64,000 nucleotides of DNA, from assembly GCA_963817955.1 (NCBI GenBank), contig CAWFQK010000007.1, positions 113,432 to 177,431 on the forward strand, read 5' to 3'. Below are positions 1 through 8,451 of this stretch, one piece after another (positions within the stretch are counted from its first letter, which is position 1; each line of letters begins with the position of its first letter). Under the pieces are notes generated by a model that was not told the origin of the DNA, did not search any database, and saw only the letters and a program-made list of their open reading frames with translations. The position numbers and the translations under genes are program-made. The DNA is from an uncultured Gemmatimonadaceae bacterium (GTDB lineage: Bacteria > Gemmatimonadota > Gemmatimonadetes > Gemmatimonadales > Gemmatimonadaceae).

Positions 1-2
1 CC

Positions 3-172
3 GATACGCGCCTCCCTTTTCCGTACGCTTCCAGTTCCATTTTCCAGTTCTCTTGCAGTTCTCTTGCAGTTCTCTTTTGCAGTTCTCTTGCAGTTCTCTG
101 CAGTTCTCTTGCAGTTCTCTGCGACCTCTGCGTTCAAAAGCTGTTCTACCGCTCTGCGTTCAAAAGCTGTTC
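3..172. repeat. End of a dispersed 11-mer tandem-repeat element (about 7 x CAGTTCTCTTG plus terminal CTCTGCGACCTCTGCG); the element probably continues left of the window
   Basis: Units run 45-121. CTCTGCGTTCAAAAGCTGTT occurs twice (about 126-145 and 152-171). Bases 3-132 match the reverse complement of 4965-5070, including the non-repetitive GATACGCG..CCGTACGCTTCCAGTTC segment. Confidence 0.9.
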
Positions 173-385
173 CGGCCCTCGAAGTGATGCGCATGCCCTC
201 GAGCTTCTGGCTCCTGTCCAGCACTGTTTAGGGGTGGTTGGTTGAATGCGTTGGGCACACGGCCAGTAGTCCATACCCAGAACCCAACCCGTCGGTTTCG
301 TCCAGGCTCCGTTCCTTAGACACTTGATCGGCGAAAATGGGCACCCAGCTGTGCAAACTCGTCGAAATGCGGGGGCAAACGCGAA

Positions 386-411
386 CCCTCCGGACCGCTT
401 GATCCGGAGGG
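386..411 (-). terminator. Probable intrinsic terminator hairpin after the amidase gene
   Basis: CCCTCCGGA-N8-TCCGGAGGG stem about 20 bp downstream of the amidase stop; the T-tract is weak. Confidence 0.5.
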
Positions 412-432
412 CCTTGGAACTCCAGCGTGCCG

Positions 433-2262
433 TCAGGCGAATTGGGGCGGCCGCTTCTTGTGAAAATCCGTGGCCTGCTGAAACGCGTGTGCCACCAGCA
501 AGTTCTTTTCGTCCTGAAAAATTGGGCCCATGATGTACATGCCCGTCGGAAGGGCCACTTGAGGCGCCGGCGGCGCCGGCGGCGTTGGTGGCGTCGCTGC
601 CCGCGTCGTATCCCCACCGCGACCGCCAGCCGCCCCGCCTCCCCTCCCGCCGCGCCCGAATGCGGGCGGAATGGCGAAGCCGGTGGGGACGACGATCGAT
701 GGCGTGCCGACGACGTTGGTGACCGACGTATTCTCCTGCGGCGTGACTACCACATCGTACTTCGAGAACAGGTCCCACATCTGATTCATTGCGGCGATGC
801 GCACGCGGTTGGCGTTCACATAGTCCACGGCCGGAATGAATTGGGCGGCGCGGAAGGTGTTCGGCCAACTGCTGTACGGCTCCAGCTCCTTGATCTGACT
901 GTTGAGCGTATCGGGCTCGAACGCCGCGCCGCACTCACTGTTGAGAATGATCGAATCCAGGTATCCGTAATTCGGTGTCGGTACCTCGATCGCCTCGAGC
1001 TTGGCACCCTGTGCTTCGAGCACTTTGAGGAAGTTCATCGCCTCCGGAATGGGCGTCGTGGTGCCGTCCTGGGCGCGCCGCTCGAAGTTCGACTTGAAGT
1101 ACGCAATGCGGAGCTGTGACAGCTGGTGTGTCGCGTTCCAATTGAAGGGATACGCCTTGACCGAGTAGTCGATACCATCAGGTCCCTGGATGGCGTCGAA
1201 CACGAGCGCGCAATCTTCGGCGGTTCGGCAGATTGGGCCGAGCTTGTCCGTCGTCCACGACAGTGCCATGGCGCCGGTGCGCGGCACGCGACCGAAGGTC
1301 GGACGGAAGCCCGAGACGCCGCAGGTGCGCGACGGCGAAGTGATCGAGCCGTTCGTCTCCGAGCCGATGCTGAAGCCGACGCAGCCTGCGGCCGTTGCCG
1401 ATGCAGGGCCGGCCGACGATCCGCTTGCGCCGGGCGACAGTTGCTCGGGGATCCACGGGTTTCGGGTGTACTGTTTCCACCAACGATTACCCTGGGCGAG
1501 CGATCCAAGGGCGAGCTTGGCAACGAGGATCGCGCCCGCCTCGTCGAGCCGCTTGACGACGCTCGCATCGTAATCGAACGTCTGGTTCTGATAGAGGCCG
1601 GCGCCCCATGTCGTGGGATAGCCCTTCACGGCGATGAGATCCTTCGCGCCCCACGGGATGCCGTGCAGCGGCCCGCGATATTTGCCGCGCGAAATCTCGG
1701 CATCCATGTCTTTCGCCTGCTTGCGCGCGCGCTCTTCGGTGAGGTTCACCACGAAATGGAGCTGCGGGTCGTAGCGCTTGAGGCGCGACAGGTACATGTC
1801 GGTAAGCTCCGATGGCTTGACCTTGCGCGTGCGCACGAGCTCCGAGAGCTGGGCAACCGGCGCGTATGCAAGCTCATCGAGGCTGCCTGGGCGTGTGAGG
1901 ACGGGCATCTTGCTGCGCACGACCCCCGCCTTTGTCTTCCTCGGCAACTCCTTGCCCGGCGGTACGGGGTCGAACACGATCGCAGGCAGGATGCTCTGGT
2001 CGAGCGGTTCCTTGTGGAGCGTCGCGATATTCGAGCGCATCTGCGTCAGGCTGCGCACCATGGCGGTGCGCTCCTCATCGCTGAACTTCAGACCGGAGAT
2101 CTCCTCCGCCGATGCGATCATCTCCTTGGTTATCTCAGGCCCCTGCTGCTGTCCCTGCGCTTGGGACTGTCCCCAGAGCACGCCTGGGAGGAGCGTGGAG
2201 CCGAGTCCTATGGAGCTGAAGTACGCCATGAAGGCGCGGCGATCGTATTTGGTGTCTGACAT
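433..2262 (-). CDS. Amidase signature family protein with Tat-like signal peptide
   Basis: GPLHGIPWGAKD (catalytic Lys), SGSSAG and GSETNGSI motifs; N-terminal DRRAF followed by a hydrophobic stretch. Start set at ATG 2262 (MSDTKYDRR). Confidence 0.9.
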   Translation of the reverse strand: MSDTKYDRRAFMAYFSSIGLGSTLLPGVLWGQSQAQGQQQGPEITKEMIASAEEISGLKFSDEERTAMVRSLTQMRSNIATLHKEPLDQSILPAIVFDPVPPGKELPRKTKAGVVRSKMPVLTRPGSLDELAYAPVAQLSELVRTRKVKPSELTDMYLSRLKRYDPQLHFVVNLTEERARKQAKDMDAEISRGKYRGPLHGIPWGAKDLIAVKGYPTTWGAGLYQNQTFDYDASVVKRLDEAGAILVAKLALGSLAQGNRWWKQYTRNPWIPEQLSPGASGSSAGPASATAAGCVGFSIGSETNGSITSPSRTCGVSGFRPTFGRVPRTGAMALSWTTDKLGPICRTAEDCALVFDAIQGPDGIDYSVKAYPFNWNATHQLSQLRIAYFKSNFERRAQDGTTTPIPEAMNFLKVLEAQGAKLEAIEVPTPNYGYLDSIILNSECGAAFEPDTLNSQIKELEPYSSWPNTFRAAQFIPAVDYVNANRVRIAAMNQMWDLFSKYDVVVTPQENTSVTNVVGTPSIVVPTGFAIPPAFGRGGRGGGAAGGRGGDTTRAATPPTPPAPPAPQVALPTGMYIMGPIFQDEKNLLVAHAFQQATDFHKKRPPQFA

Positions 2263-2409
2263 TATGAGTGGGCCAGAGGATCGGACGACGGGATATCTGC
2301 GGCCTAATCTTCTCCCGCGGGACCAAGAGGCCGCAAGGGATATTGGCGAAGCGACCATCCTCCACCCGGAAGGCCCGATCTCCGTCGGCACGCGTTTATC
2401 TTTCACCCC

Positions 2410-2901
2410 ATGCCGATCGTTCGATTCGAGGCGTTGCCAGACTCGGCTCGCGTGTGGGTATTCGCGAGCGACAATCCGCTGACCGGCGCCGCGGCGGATA
2501 CGCTGTTGGCGTCCGTCGACCAGTTTCTGGCCGACTGGAAAGCGCACGGTCGGCCGCTGCACTGTGCGCGGGACTGGCGCGATGGACGCTTTCTGGCCAT
2601 TGGCGTGGATGTGACCGAGGAAGACGCCTCCGGTTGCTCAGTCGACGGTCTGTTTCGCACCTTCCAGCAGCTCGAGCGCGTCATCGGCTCGCGTCTCGTC
2701 GGCGGTGGACGCGTCTTCTACCGAACGCAGTCAGGTGTCGAAATGGCATCGCGCGAGGAATTTTCCGATCGTGCCAAGCGCGGCGAAGTCTTGCGCGAAA
2801 CGCCGGTGTTCGACACGAGCATCACACACGCGCGCGATTGGCGTAACAATTTCGAGCAACCAGCAGGCAAGACCTGGACGGCCGGCTTCTTTCAGAATTG
2901 A
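2410..2901 (+). CDS. Conserved hypothetical protein (WxAHG / ASGCSxD family)
   Basis: 163 aa with LPDSARVWVF, WKAHG and ASGCSVD motifs. Resembles a Bacteroidota family that is often mislabelled as an ABC ATPase; no Walker A motif. Confidence 0.75.
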   Translation: MPIVRFEALPDSARVWVFASDNPLTGAAADTLLASVDQFLADWKAHGRPLHCARDWRDGRFLAIGVDVTEEDASGCSVDGLFRTFQQLERVIGSRLVGGGRVFYRTQSGVEMASREEFSDRAKRGEVLRETPVFDTSITHARDWRNNFEQPAGKTWTAGFFQN

Positions 2902-3920
2902 CCGCGGGTGACATCGGCCAGCACCCGCGTCGTGCGAGTGATTTCCTCCGCCTGCCCGCGCGATAGCGTCTCGTTTGCATCGAGACACCAGATGCCGTCC
3001 AGGAGTCCGTCTCGCCGAAGCACCTCGTGAATTCCAGGAATGCAACCGGCAAAGGCGTGCGACGCATCGAACACGGCCGCATTGGCGTCGGTGAGCGCCG
3101 CCCCCAATGAAAGCAGCGCCGGATCGATCGCACCTCGCGAGCGAGCAAGCTTGATGTGCGCCAGGAGCGCGACGGCATCTCGCGTCCATATCGCCCACTG
3201 TCCGAGCAGCCCGCCATCGATGAAGCGCGTGACGGTGGTACCGCCGGCGTTCACAGGAAACGGCGTCAGGAGATCGGCGACGATATTGTCGTCATTGCCG
3301 GTGTAGAGCGCCACGTCGTCACGGCCGGCGTCGACGACGGCACGCACGACGTCGATGGTCTGATACCGGTTGAACGGCGCGATCTTGATGGCCCACACGT
3401 CTGGAATCTCGGCGAACTCCCGCCAGAAACGATACGACAGCAGGCGTCCGCCGACCGCGGGCTGGAGATAGAAACCGAACAGCGGCATGATCTCGGCGAT
3501 GGTGCGGCAATGCACGAGGAGATCGTCCTCGGGTTCCTCGTGCCACCCGCCCAAGCTCAAGAGCGCGGCGTCGTATCCGAGCGTCGCAGCGATCTCCGCT
3601 TCCGTGGTGGCCTGTGACGTGCGGCCGACGACCCCCGCGATCATGGCAAACGCCGCGTTGTCGCGCGTGCGGCGCGCTTCGTCCATCGCCATCTCGAGCA
3701 CAGGCCGATAGAGTCGGACGGAGACATCTCGAATGGCGAACTGCGTCGTGTGCACAGCGACCGCTAGACCACCGGCACCCGACTCGATGTAGTAGCGCGT
3801 GAGTCCGCGCTGTCTTCGCTCGTCGAGCGTGCGCGCTTCCGTGAGCGCGAGCGGATGCGCGGGGATCACCTGTCCGGCGCGCAGGTGCGCGCGCACGCTC
3901 ACGCGTTCAGAATTTTCCAT
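2892..3920 (-). CDS. Dihydrodipicolinate synthase (class I aldolase) family protein
   Basis: VIPAHPLAL, AVHTTQF, FYLQPAVGG, AIKIAPF (Schiff-base Lys) and YTGNDD motifs. Confidence 0.85.
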   Translation of the reverse strand: MENSERVSVRAHLRAGQVIPAHPLALTEARTLDERRQRGLTRYYIESGAGGLAVAVHTTQFAIRDVSVRLYRPVLEMAMDEARRTRDNAAFAMIAGVVGRTSQATTEAEIAATLGYDAALLSLGGWHEEPEDDLLVHCRTIAEIMPLFGFYLQPAVGGRLLSYRFWREFAEIPDVWAIKIAPFNRYQTIDVVRAVVDAGRDDVALYTGNDDNIVADLLTPFPVNAGGTTVTRFIDGGLLGQWAIWTRDAVALLAHIKLARSRGAIDPALLSLGAALTDANAAVFDASHAFAGCIPGIHEVLRRDGLLDGIWCLDANETLSRGQAEEITRTTRVLADVTRGQF

Positions 3921-4911
3921 CGCGCGCCTCGAATTTGGTCGGCTTGCCGAGCAGTGCTCCTCCGGCCTCGACCCAGTCCGCTATCCACGTGAGCATCTGT
4001 TGGGTGCTCACCTCTGGTGGGGCGAACTCCGATCGCATGCGCGACGTGTTGCTGAGCAACGCGTCGGCGCGTTCCTTTCCCGTGAATGTCGCGCGCGTCG
4101 CGAAGCGCGCCGCGAACCACTCGGCGATTGCGCGCACCGATAGTTCCTCGGCGCCAGTGACGTTCACGACGAACGGCGGTACCGCGGCCTTCGACAGACA
4201 CTCGAGCGCGATGCGATTCGCATCGCCCTGCCATATGACGTTCACATACCCCATATCCACAGACACGGGGTCGCCGCGCTGCACGCGCGTGGCGATGTCC
4301 ACGAGGACACCATACCGCAGGTCGATGGCGTAGTTGAGCCGCATGATAGCCACATGCGTGCCATATCGCTCGGCGTACGATTCGAACACGCGCTCACGGC
4401 CAACGCACGACGCGGCGTACTCGCCGACCGGGCCGAGTGGATCGTCTTCGCGTGAACCGCCGGCGTGCACCGGTGCGAGAGCATACACATTGCCGGTGGA
4501 GAAAGCGACAATGCGCGAGTTGCGATATCGTTCGGCGCAGTTTGCTGGCACAATCGTGTTCATCGCCCATGTCATTGCCGGCGCACCGCTGGTTCCGAAC
4601 TTCTGCCCAGCCATGAACACCACGTTCGGTGCATCCGGTAATCGCGCGACCGCGTCACGATCGAGCAGGTCGCAGCGCACCGTTTCGACACCGGCGTCGT
4701 TCAGTGCTCGCTCGGTCTTGCTGGACGACCATCGCGACACGGCAATCACGCGGCGGTTGTCCTGGACCGCGCGCGCCGCCATGCGAGCGAGGGTCGGTCC
4801 CATCTTGCCCCCCGCTCCCAGAATGATGACGTCGCCTGGAGCTTCCTTGAGTGCCGCAACGGTCTGGGTTCGCGGCGTGGAGAGCAGGGTGTCGAGGTCG
4901 TCAGGCGACAT
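3907..4911 (-). CDS. NAD-dependent epimerase/dehydratase
   Basis: GAGGKMG Rossmann motif, FSTGNVY, YAASC. Overlaps the aldolase start. Start set at ATG 4911. Confidence 0.85.
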   Translation of the reverse strand: MSPDDLDTLLSTPRTQTVAALKEAPGDVIILGAGGKMGPTLARMAARAVQDNRRVIAVSRWSSSKTERALNDAGVETVRCDLLDRDAVARLPDAPNVVFMAGQKFGTSGAPAMTWAMNTIVPANCAERYRNSRIVAFSTGNVYALAPVHAGGSREDDPLGPVGEYAASCVGRERVFESYAERYGTHVAIMRLNYAIDLRYGVLVDIATRVQRGDPVSVDMGYVNVIWQGDANRIALECLSKAAVPPFVVNVTGAEELSVRAIAEWFAARFATRATFTGKERADALLSNTSRMRSEFAPPEVSTQQMLTWIADWVEAGGALLGKPTKFEARDGKF

Positions 4912-4964
4912 GGTCAAGAGCGGCTCTTCGGGGGTTCGGGGGCGGGACGGTTTGTTTGTTTTAA

Positions 4965-5240
4965 CGCAGAGGTCGCAGAGAACTGCAAGAGAACGGCAAA
5001 GAGAACTGCAAGAGAACTCAAAAGAACTGCAAAGAGAACTGGAAGCGTACGGAAGAGGGAAGCGCGTATCAGTGGAATGAACCGTGGATGCCGAGTCCAC
5101 AATCATTCCGCCTATATCGCTGATAATCCCGACCTGGGCGATACCATCGGAGCGTCCCGACGGCATCAGCCAAGACTTCCAGGCGAGACAACCCTTCACG
5201 GTCCTCTGCCGTTCTCTTGCAGTTCTCTGCGACCTCTGCG
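4965..5240. mobile_element. MITE-like element: 34-bp perfect terminal inverted repeats built from 11-mer repeats around a hairpin-rich core
   Basis: 4965-4998 (CGCAGAGGTCGCAGAGAACTGCAAGAGAACGGCA) is the exact reverse complement of 5207-5240. A related copy lies at 3-132. Mobility is inferred, not shown. Confidence 0.65.
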
Positions 5241-5586
5241 ATAAATAGCTGTTGCGCCGTCCGCCCTAACCAGCTTTTTCATGCCCCCACGAACCCATCA
5301 ATTCGCCCACTCATTTCGGCGAAGACCCATCAAAGGTAAGTCTGGCGCCCATGCCGGTCATGAGTTGCGACAGAGATCATTCGGTATGCTGAGCCTGGTC
5401 TCGGGCGGCTGCTCGTTGATTGCCGAGAACAGAATCGACAGAAATGCCGTGATCGTGGGGGATTGCCTGATGTCGAGGTCGGCATAGAAGTACATTTTCC
5501 CGTCGCGATACTCCAGTGCCTGCGTCTTTCGTGGAGTGCCTTGAATGGCGTGCAGTCACGTAATCGATCATCCGGGAGGGGGGAGC

Positions 5587-6015
5587 ATGCCGACACGTAA
5601 TGCGACAGCGAAGTGGGAAGGTGGTCTCAAGGGGGGACGCGGTAGCTTCAGCGGACAGACGGGATTTGGCGGGCAATACAACTTCAGCTCGCGTTTCGAA
5701 TCGGGTGTCGGCTCGAATCCCGAAGAGTTGCTCGCCGCCGCGGAGGCGGCGTGCTACAGCATGGCGTTGAGCGGGGCACTCGAGGCCAACGGCACACCTC
5801 CGACCAGCATCGAAACCAAGGCGGGATGCACCGTTGAGAAGGTCGGAGCGGGCTTCACGATCACGAAGATGGTGCTTGACGTGCGTGCCGTGGTGCCGAA
5901 GGTTGACGATGCGACGTTCCAGCGTCTCGCCGCCGACACCAAGCAAAACTGTCCGGTATCGAAGGCGTTGAAGGGGAACGTGGATATTCAGGTGACCGCA
6001 ACTCTCTCGTCGTGA
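5587..6015 (+). CDS. osmC: OsmC family peroxiredoxin
   Basis: AKWEGGLKGGRG, SRFE, NPEELLAAAEAAC and C-terminal CPVSKAL; GGGAG RBS. Confidence 0.9.
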   Translation: MPTRNATAKWEGGLKGGRGSFSGQTGFGGQYNFSSRFESGVGSNPEELLAAAEAACYSMALSGALEANGTPPTSIETKAGCTVEKVGAGFTITKMVLDVRAVVPKVDDATFQRLAADTKQNCPVSKALKGNVDIQVTATLSS

Positions 6016-6188
6016 TTCGAGGCCGGGGTGGTGTCGTGGGTCCGATTATCGGCGACGCGGCTCAGCTATTTCCTCATCATGCCGAACATCCTGCTCTCGG
6101 GCATCGATCGGGTAATGTGCCTTGATCCGCGGCCCCGATGGCCGCAGGCTTAGCGAACGTAATTCGCCACCATTTTTCCATCGGTATC

Positions 6189-6569
6189 ATGTCATCGGCC
6201 AACGAACGCTCTGTCACCTGGTACGCCTGGGACCAACTCCCGCGCGAGACCGTGTCCCCCATGATCGATCGCCGTCTGATCACCGGCGACAGCATGATGA
6301 TCGCCCATGTCTATCTGAAGCAGGGTTGCATCGTGCCGAAGCACTCGCACGAGAACGAGCAGATCACATACATCCTGGAAGGTGTCTTGAAGTTCTGGAT
6401 CGGGGACGACGAATCGCAGGTCGTGCTCGTCCGCGCCGGCGAGGTGCTGCACATTCCGTCCAACGTGCCGCACAAGGCCGAAGCCCTCGAAGACACGCTC
6501 GATGTCGACATTTTTGATCCACCGCGCCAGGACTGGTTGAACAAGACCGATTCGTACCTCCGGAAATAG
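6189..6569 (+). CDS. Cupin domain protein
   Basis: HSHENEQITYILEG and IPSNVPH cupin motifs; C-terminal DIFDPPRQDWL. Confidence 0.85.
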   Translation: MSSANERSVTWYAWDQLPRETVSPMIDRRLITGDSMMIAHVYLKQGCIVPKHSHENEQITYILEGVLKFWIGDDESQVVLVRAGEVLHIPSNVPHKAEALEDTLDVDIFDPPRQDWLNKTDSYLRK

Positions 6570-6572
6570 CCC

Positions 6573-7361
6573 ATGGATCTGGGTCTCAAAGGCAAAGTTG
6601 CGCTCGTTGGCGCGGCGAGCCGCGGGCTCGGCCGCGCCATCGCGGTCGAGCTGGCGCGGGAAGGCGCGCGCGTGGTGATCTGCGCGCGCGGCGCCGAGGC
6701 GCTCGAGGCGACTCGGAGGCAGATTGCCGCGACCGGGGCGGAGATTCACGCTGTGGCGGCCGACCTGTCGCAGCGTGATGGGATCGAGCGGGTCGCGTCG
6801 GAGGCGATGACAACGTTCGGCCGTGTGGATGTACTCGTCACGAATGCCGGCGGACCCCCGGCCGGCCCATTTGACGCACACGATTGGAGCGCTTGGGACC
6901 GCGCAGTCAATCTCACGCTGCGGAGCGCAGTGGAGCTCACACGCGCCGTGCTGCCGGGCATGCGCGAGCGGAGATGGGGACGCATCATCAATGTGACGTC
7001 GATCGCCGTGAAGCAGCCCGTAGACAACCTCATGCTGTCGAACAGCGTGCGGTCGGCGGTGACCGGATTCGCGCGAACGCTGGCCAACGAGGTGGCGACG
7101 GACGGCGTGACGGTGAACAACATTCTTCCCGGCTACACCCGCACCGAGCGGGTCGACGCGCTCGCCGAGGCCAATGCTGCAAAGGAAGGCGTGACGAAAC
7201 AGGAGGTCGTGGCCCGATTCGAGCGCGAGATTCCCATGCGCCGCCTCGGTGAGCCAGAGGAATTCGCGGCGCTCGCCGCGTTCCTCGCCTCGGAACGCGC
7301 GAGCTACATCACCGGGCAGTCCATCGCCGTGGACGGGGGTTGGATCAAGTCGTTGCTGTAA
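6573..7361 (+). CDS. SDR family oxidoreductase
   Basis: GAASRGLG, NAGGPP and VDGG motifs; atypical SNSVR in place of YxxxK. Confidence 0.9.
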   Translation: MDLGLKGKVALVGAASRGLGRAIAVELAREGARVVICARGAEALEATRRQIAATGAEIHAVAADLSQRDGIERVASEAMTTFGRVDVLVTNAGGPPAGPFDAHDWSAWDRAVNLTLRSAVELTRAVLPGMRERRWGRIINVTSIAVKQPVDNLMLSNSVRSAVTGFARTLANEVATDGVTVNNILPGYTRTERVDALAEANAAKEGVTKQEVVARFEREIPMRRLGEPEEFAALAAFLASERASYITGQSIAVDGGWIKSLL

Positions 7362-8412
7362 TGTGGCTGGGGAGTGCGAACTTCACCCGCTCGGTGCCGA
7401 AGCGACGCAACACTTCGAGATTGATCGCCTGCTGCACATTCATGTACTTCGTGTAGTCGGGATCGAGCACGTAGTAGACCGTTTCCAGACGGATCGACCA
7501 ATTTCCAAGGCTCGCCACATGACACCGGTCGAACTTGACCGGCGACTGCGCCGCGACGATCTGCTCCACGACGGCCGGCAGTCGTGAGAGCACGTCGGGC
7601 GGCGTGTCGTACAGCAGGTCGAGATTGAACTGGACGCGCCGCTGATACATGCGGCGGTAATTCCGCAGCCGGCTCTTCAGCAGGTCGCCGTTGCCGATGA
7701 TGATCTGCTCGCCCGTGACGCTGCGGAGGCGCGTCGTCTTGAGTCCGATGTGTTCGACCGTGCCGGTGACCTGATCGACGCCGATGGTATCACCGACGTC
7801 AAACGGCTTGTCGAACACAATTGCCAGCGCGGCGAGCAGATCCCCAAGGATGTTCTGCACGGCGAGCGCGACGGCGATGCCGCTCACGCCCAGCCCGGTG
7901 ATCAGTGGCGTGATGTCGATGAAGAAGACCGTCTTCATCGCCGTGAACACGATCAGGATCCAGAGGAACACCTTTGCCGCCACGCCGATCGCGCTGATCA
8001 TCGCGATGCTCGTGCGATCGTTCGACTGTGTATGCCGCATCAGGTGGTGCTGCATCCAGAAGCCGATCGCCGCGGCGCCCCACAACGCGATCTGCCACAG
8101 CATCACCAACTTGGCGAGCGGTCCGACGTACGGGCTCGCGCGACCCAGGTCGAGGGCGTGTGTCGCGCTCAGCAGCGCAAACATCACCAGCACCCACCTC
8201 GGCGTCTGCCGGAGCAGCTCGACGATCATGTCGTCGAACTGATGCGTCGTCCGAGCGGCGAGTTGACCGAGACGCGCAATGAGCACGCGGCGGGAGATCA
8301 ACAGGACGAACAACGTGACGGCAGCGGTGAGTGCCGCCGTGAGCCACGTCTGAACGGAGTTGTTCAGGAATTGTTGACCAAGGACGTCGATGACTGGTGC
8401 GGGCACGGGCAT
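7345..8412 (-). CDS. Small-conductance mechanosensitive channel (MscS family)
   Basis: N-terminal TM helices, GLGVSGIAVALAVQNILGD, KPFDVGD and GTVEHIGLKTTRLRS. Confidence 0.9.
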   Translation of the reverse strand: MPVPAPVIDVLGQQFLNNSVQTWLTAALTAAVTLFVLLISRRVLIARLGQLAARTTHQFDDMIVELLRQTPRWVLVMFALLSATHALDLGRASPYVGPLAKLVMLWQIALWGAAAIGFWMQHHLMRHTQSNDRTSIAMISAIGVAAKVFLWILIVFTAMKTVFFIDITPLITGLGVSGIAVALAVQNILGDLLAALAIVFDKPFDVGDTIGVDQVTGTVEHIGLKTTRLRSVTGEQIIIGNGDLLKSRLRNYRRMYQRRVQFNLDLLYDTPPDVLSRLPAVVEQIVAAQSPVKFDRCHVASLGNWSIRLETVYYVLDPDYTKYMNVQQAINLEVLRRFGTERVKFALPSHITATT

Positions 8413-8451
8413 TGGGGTGGAGAGGGTCGCCCAATGATAACGGAAACGACG

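Noticed and set aside
4912..5199. N-terminal extension of the epimerase ORF to 5199
   Set aside because: It is a translation of the repeat element (SSLCSSFEFSCSSL); the domain begins at ATG 4911.
5281..5586. Small ORFs upstream of osmC
   Set aside because: No RBS, atypical composition and no recognisable motifs.
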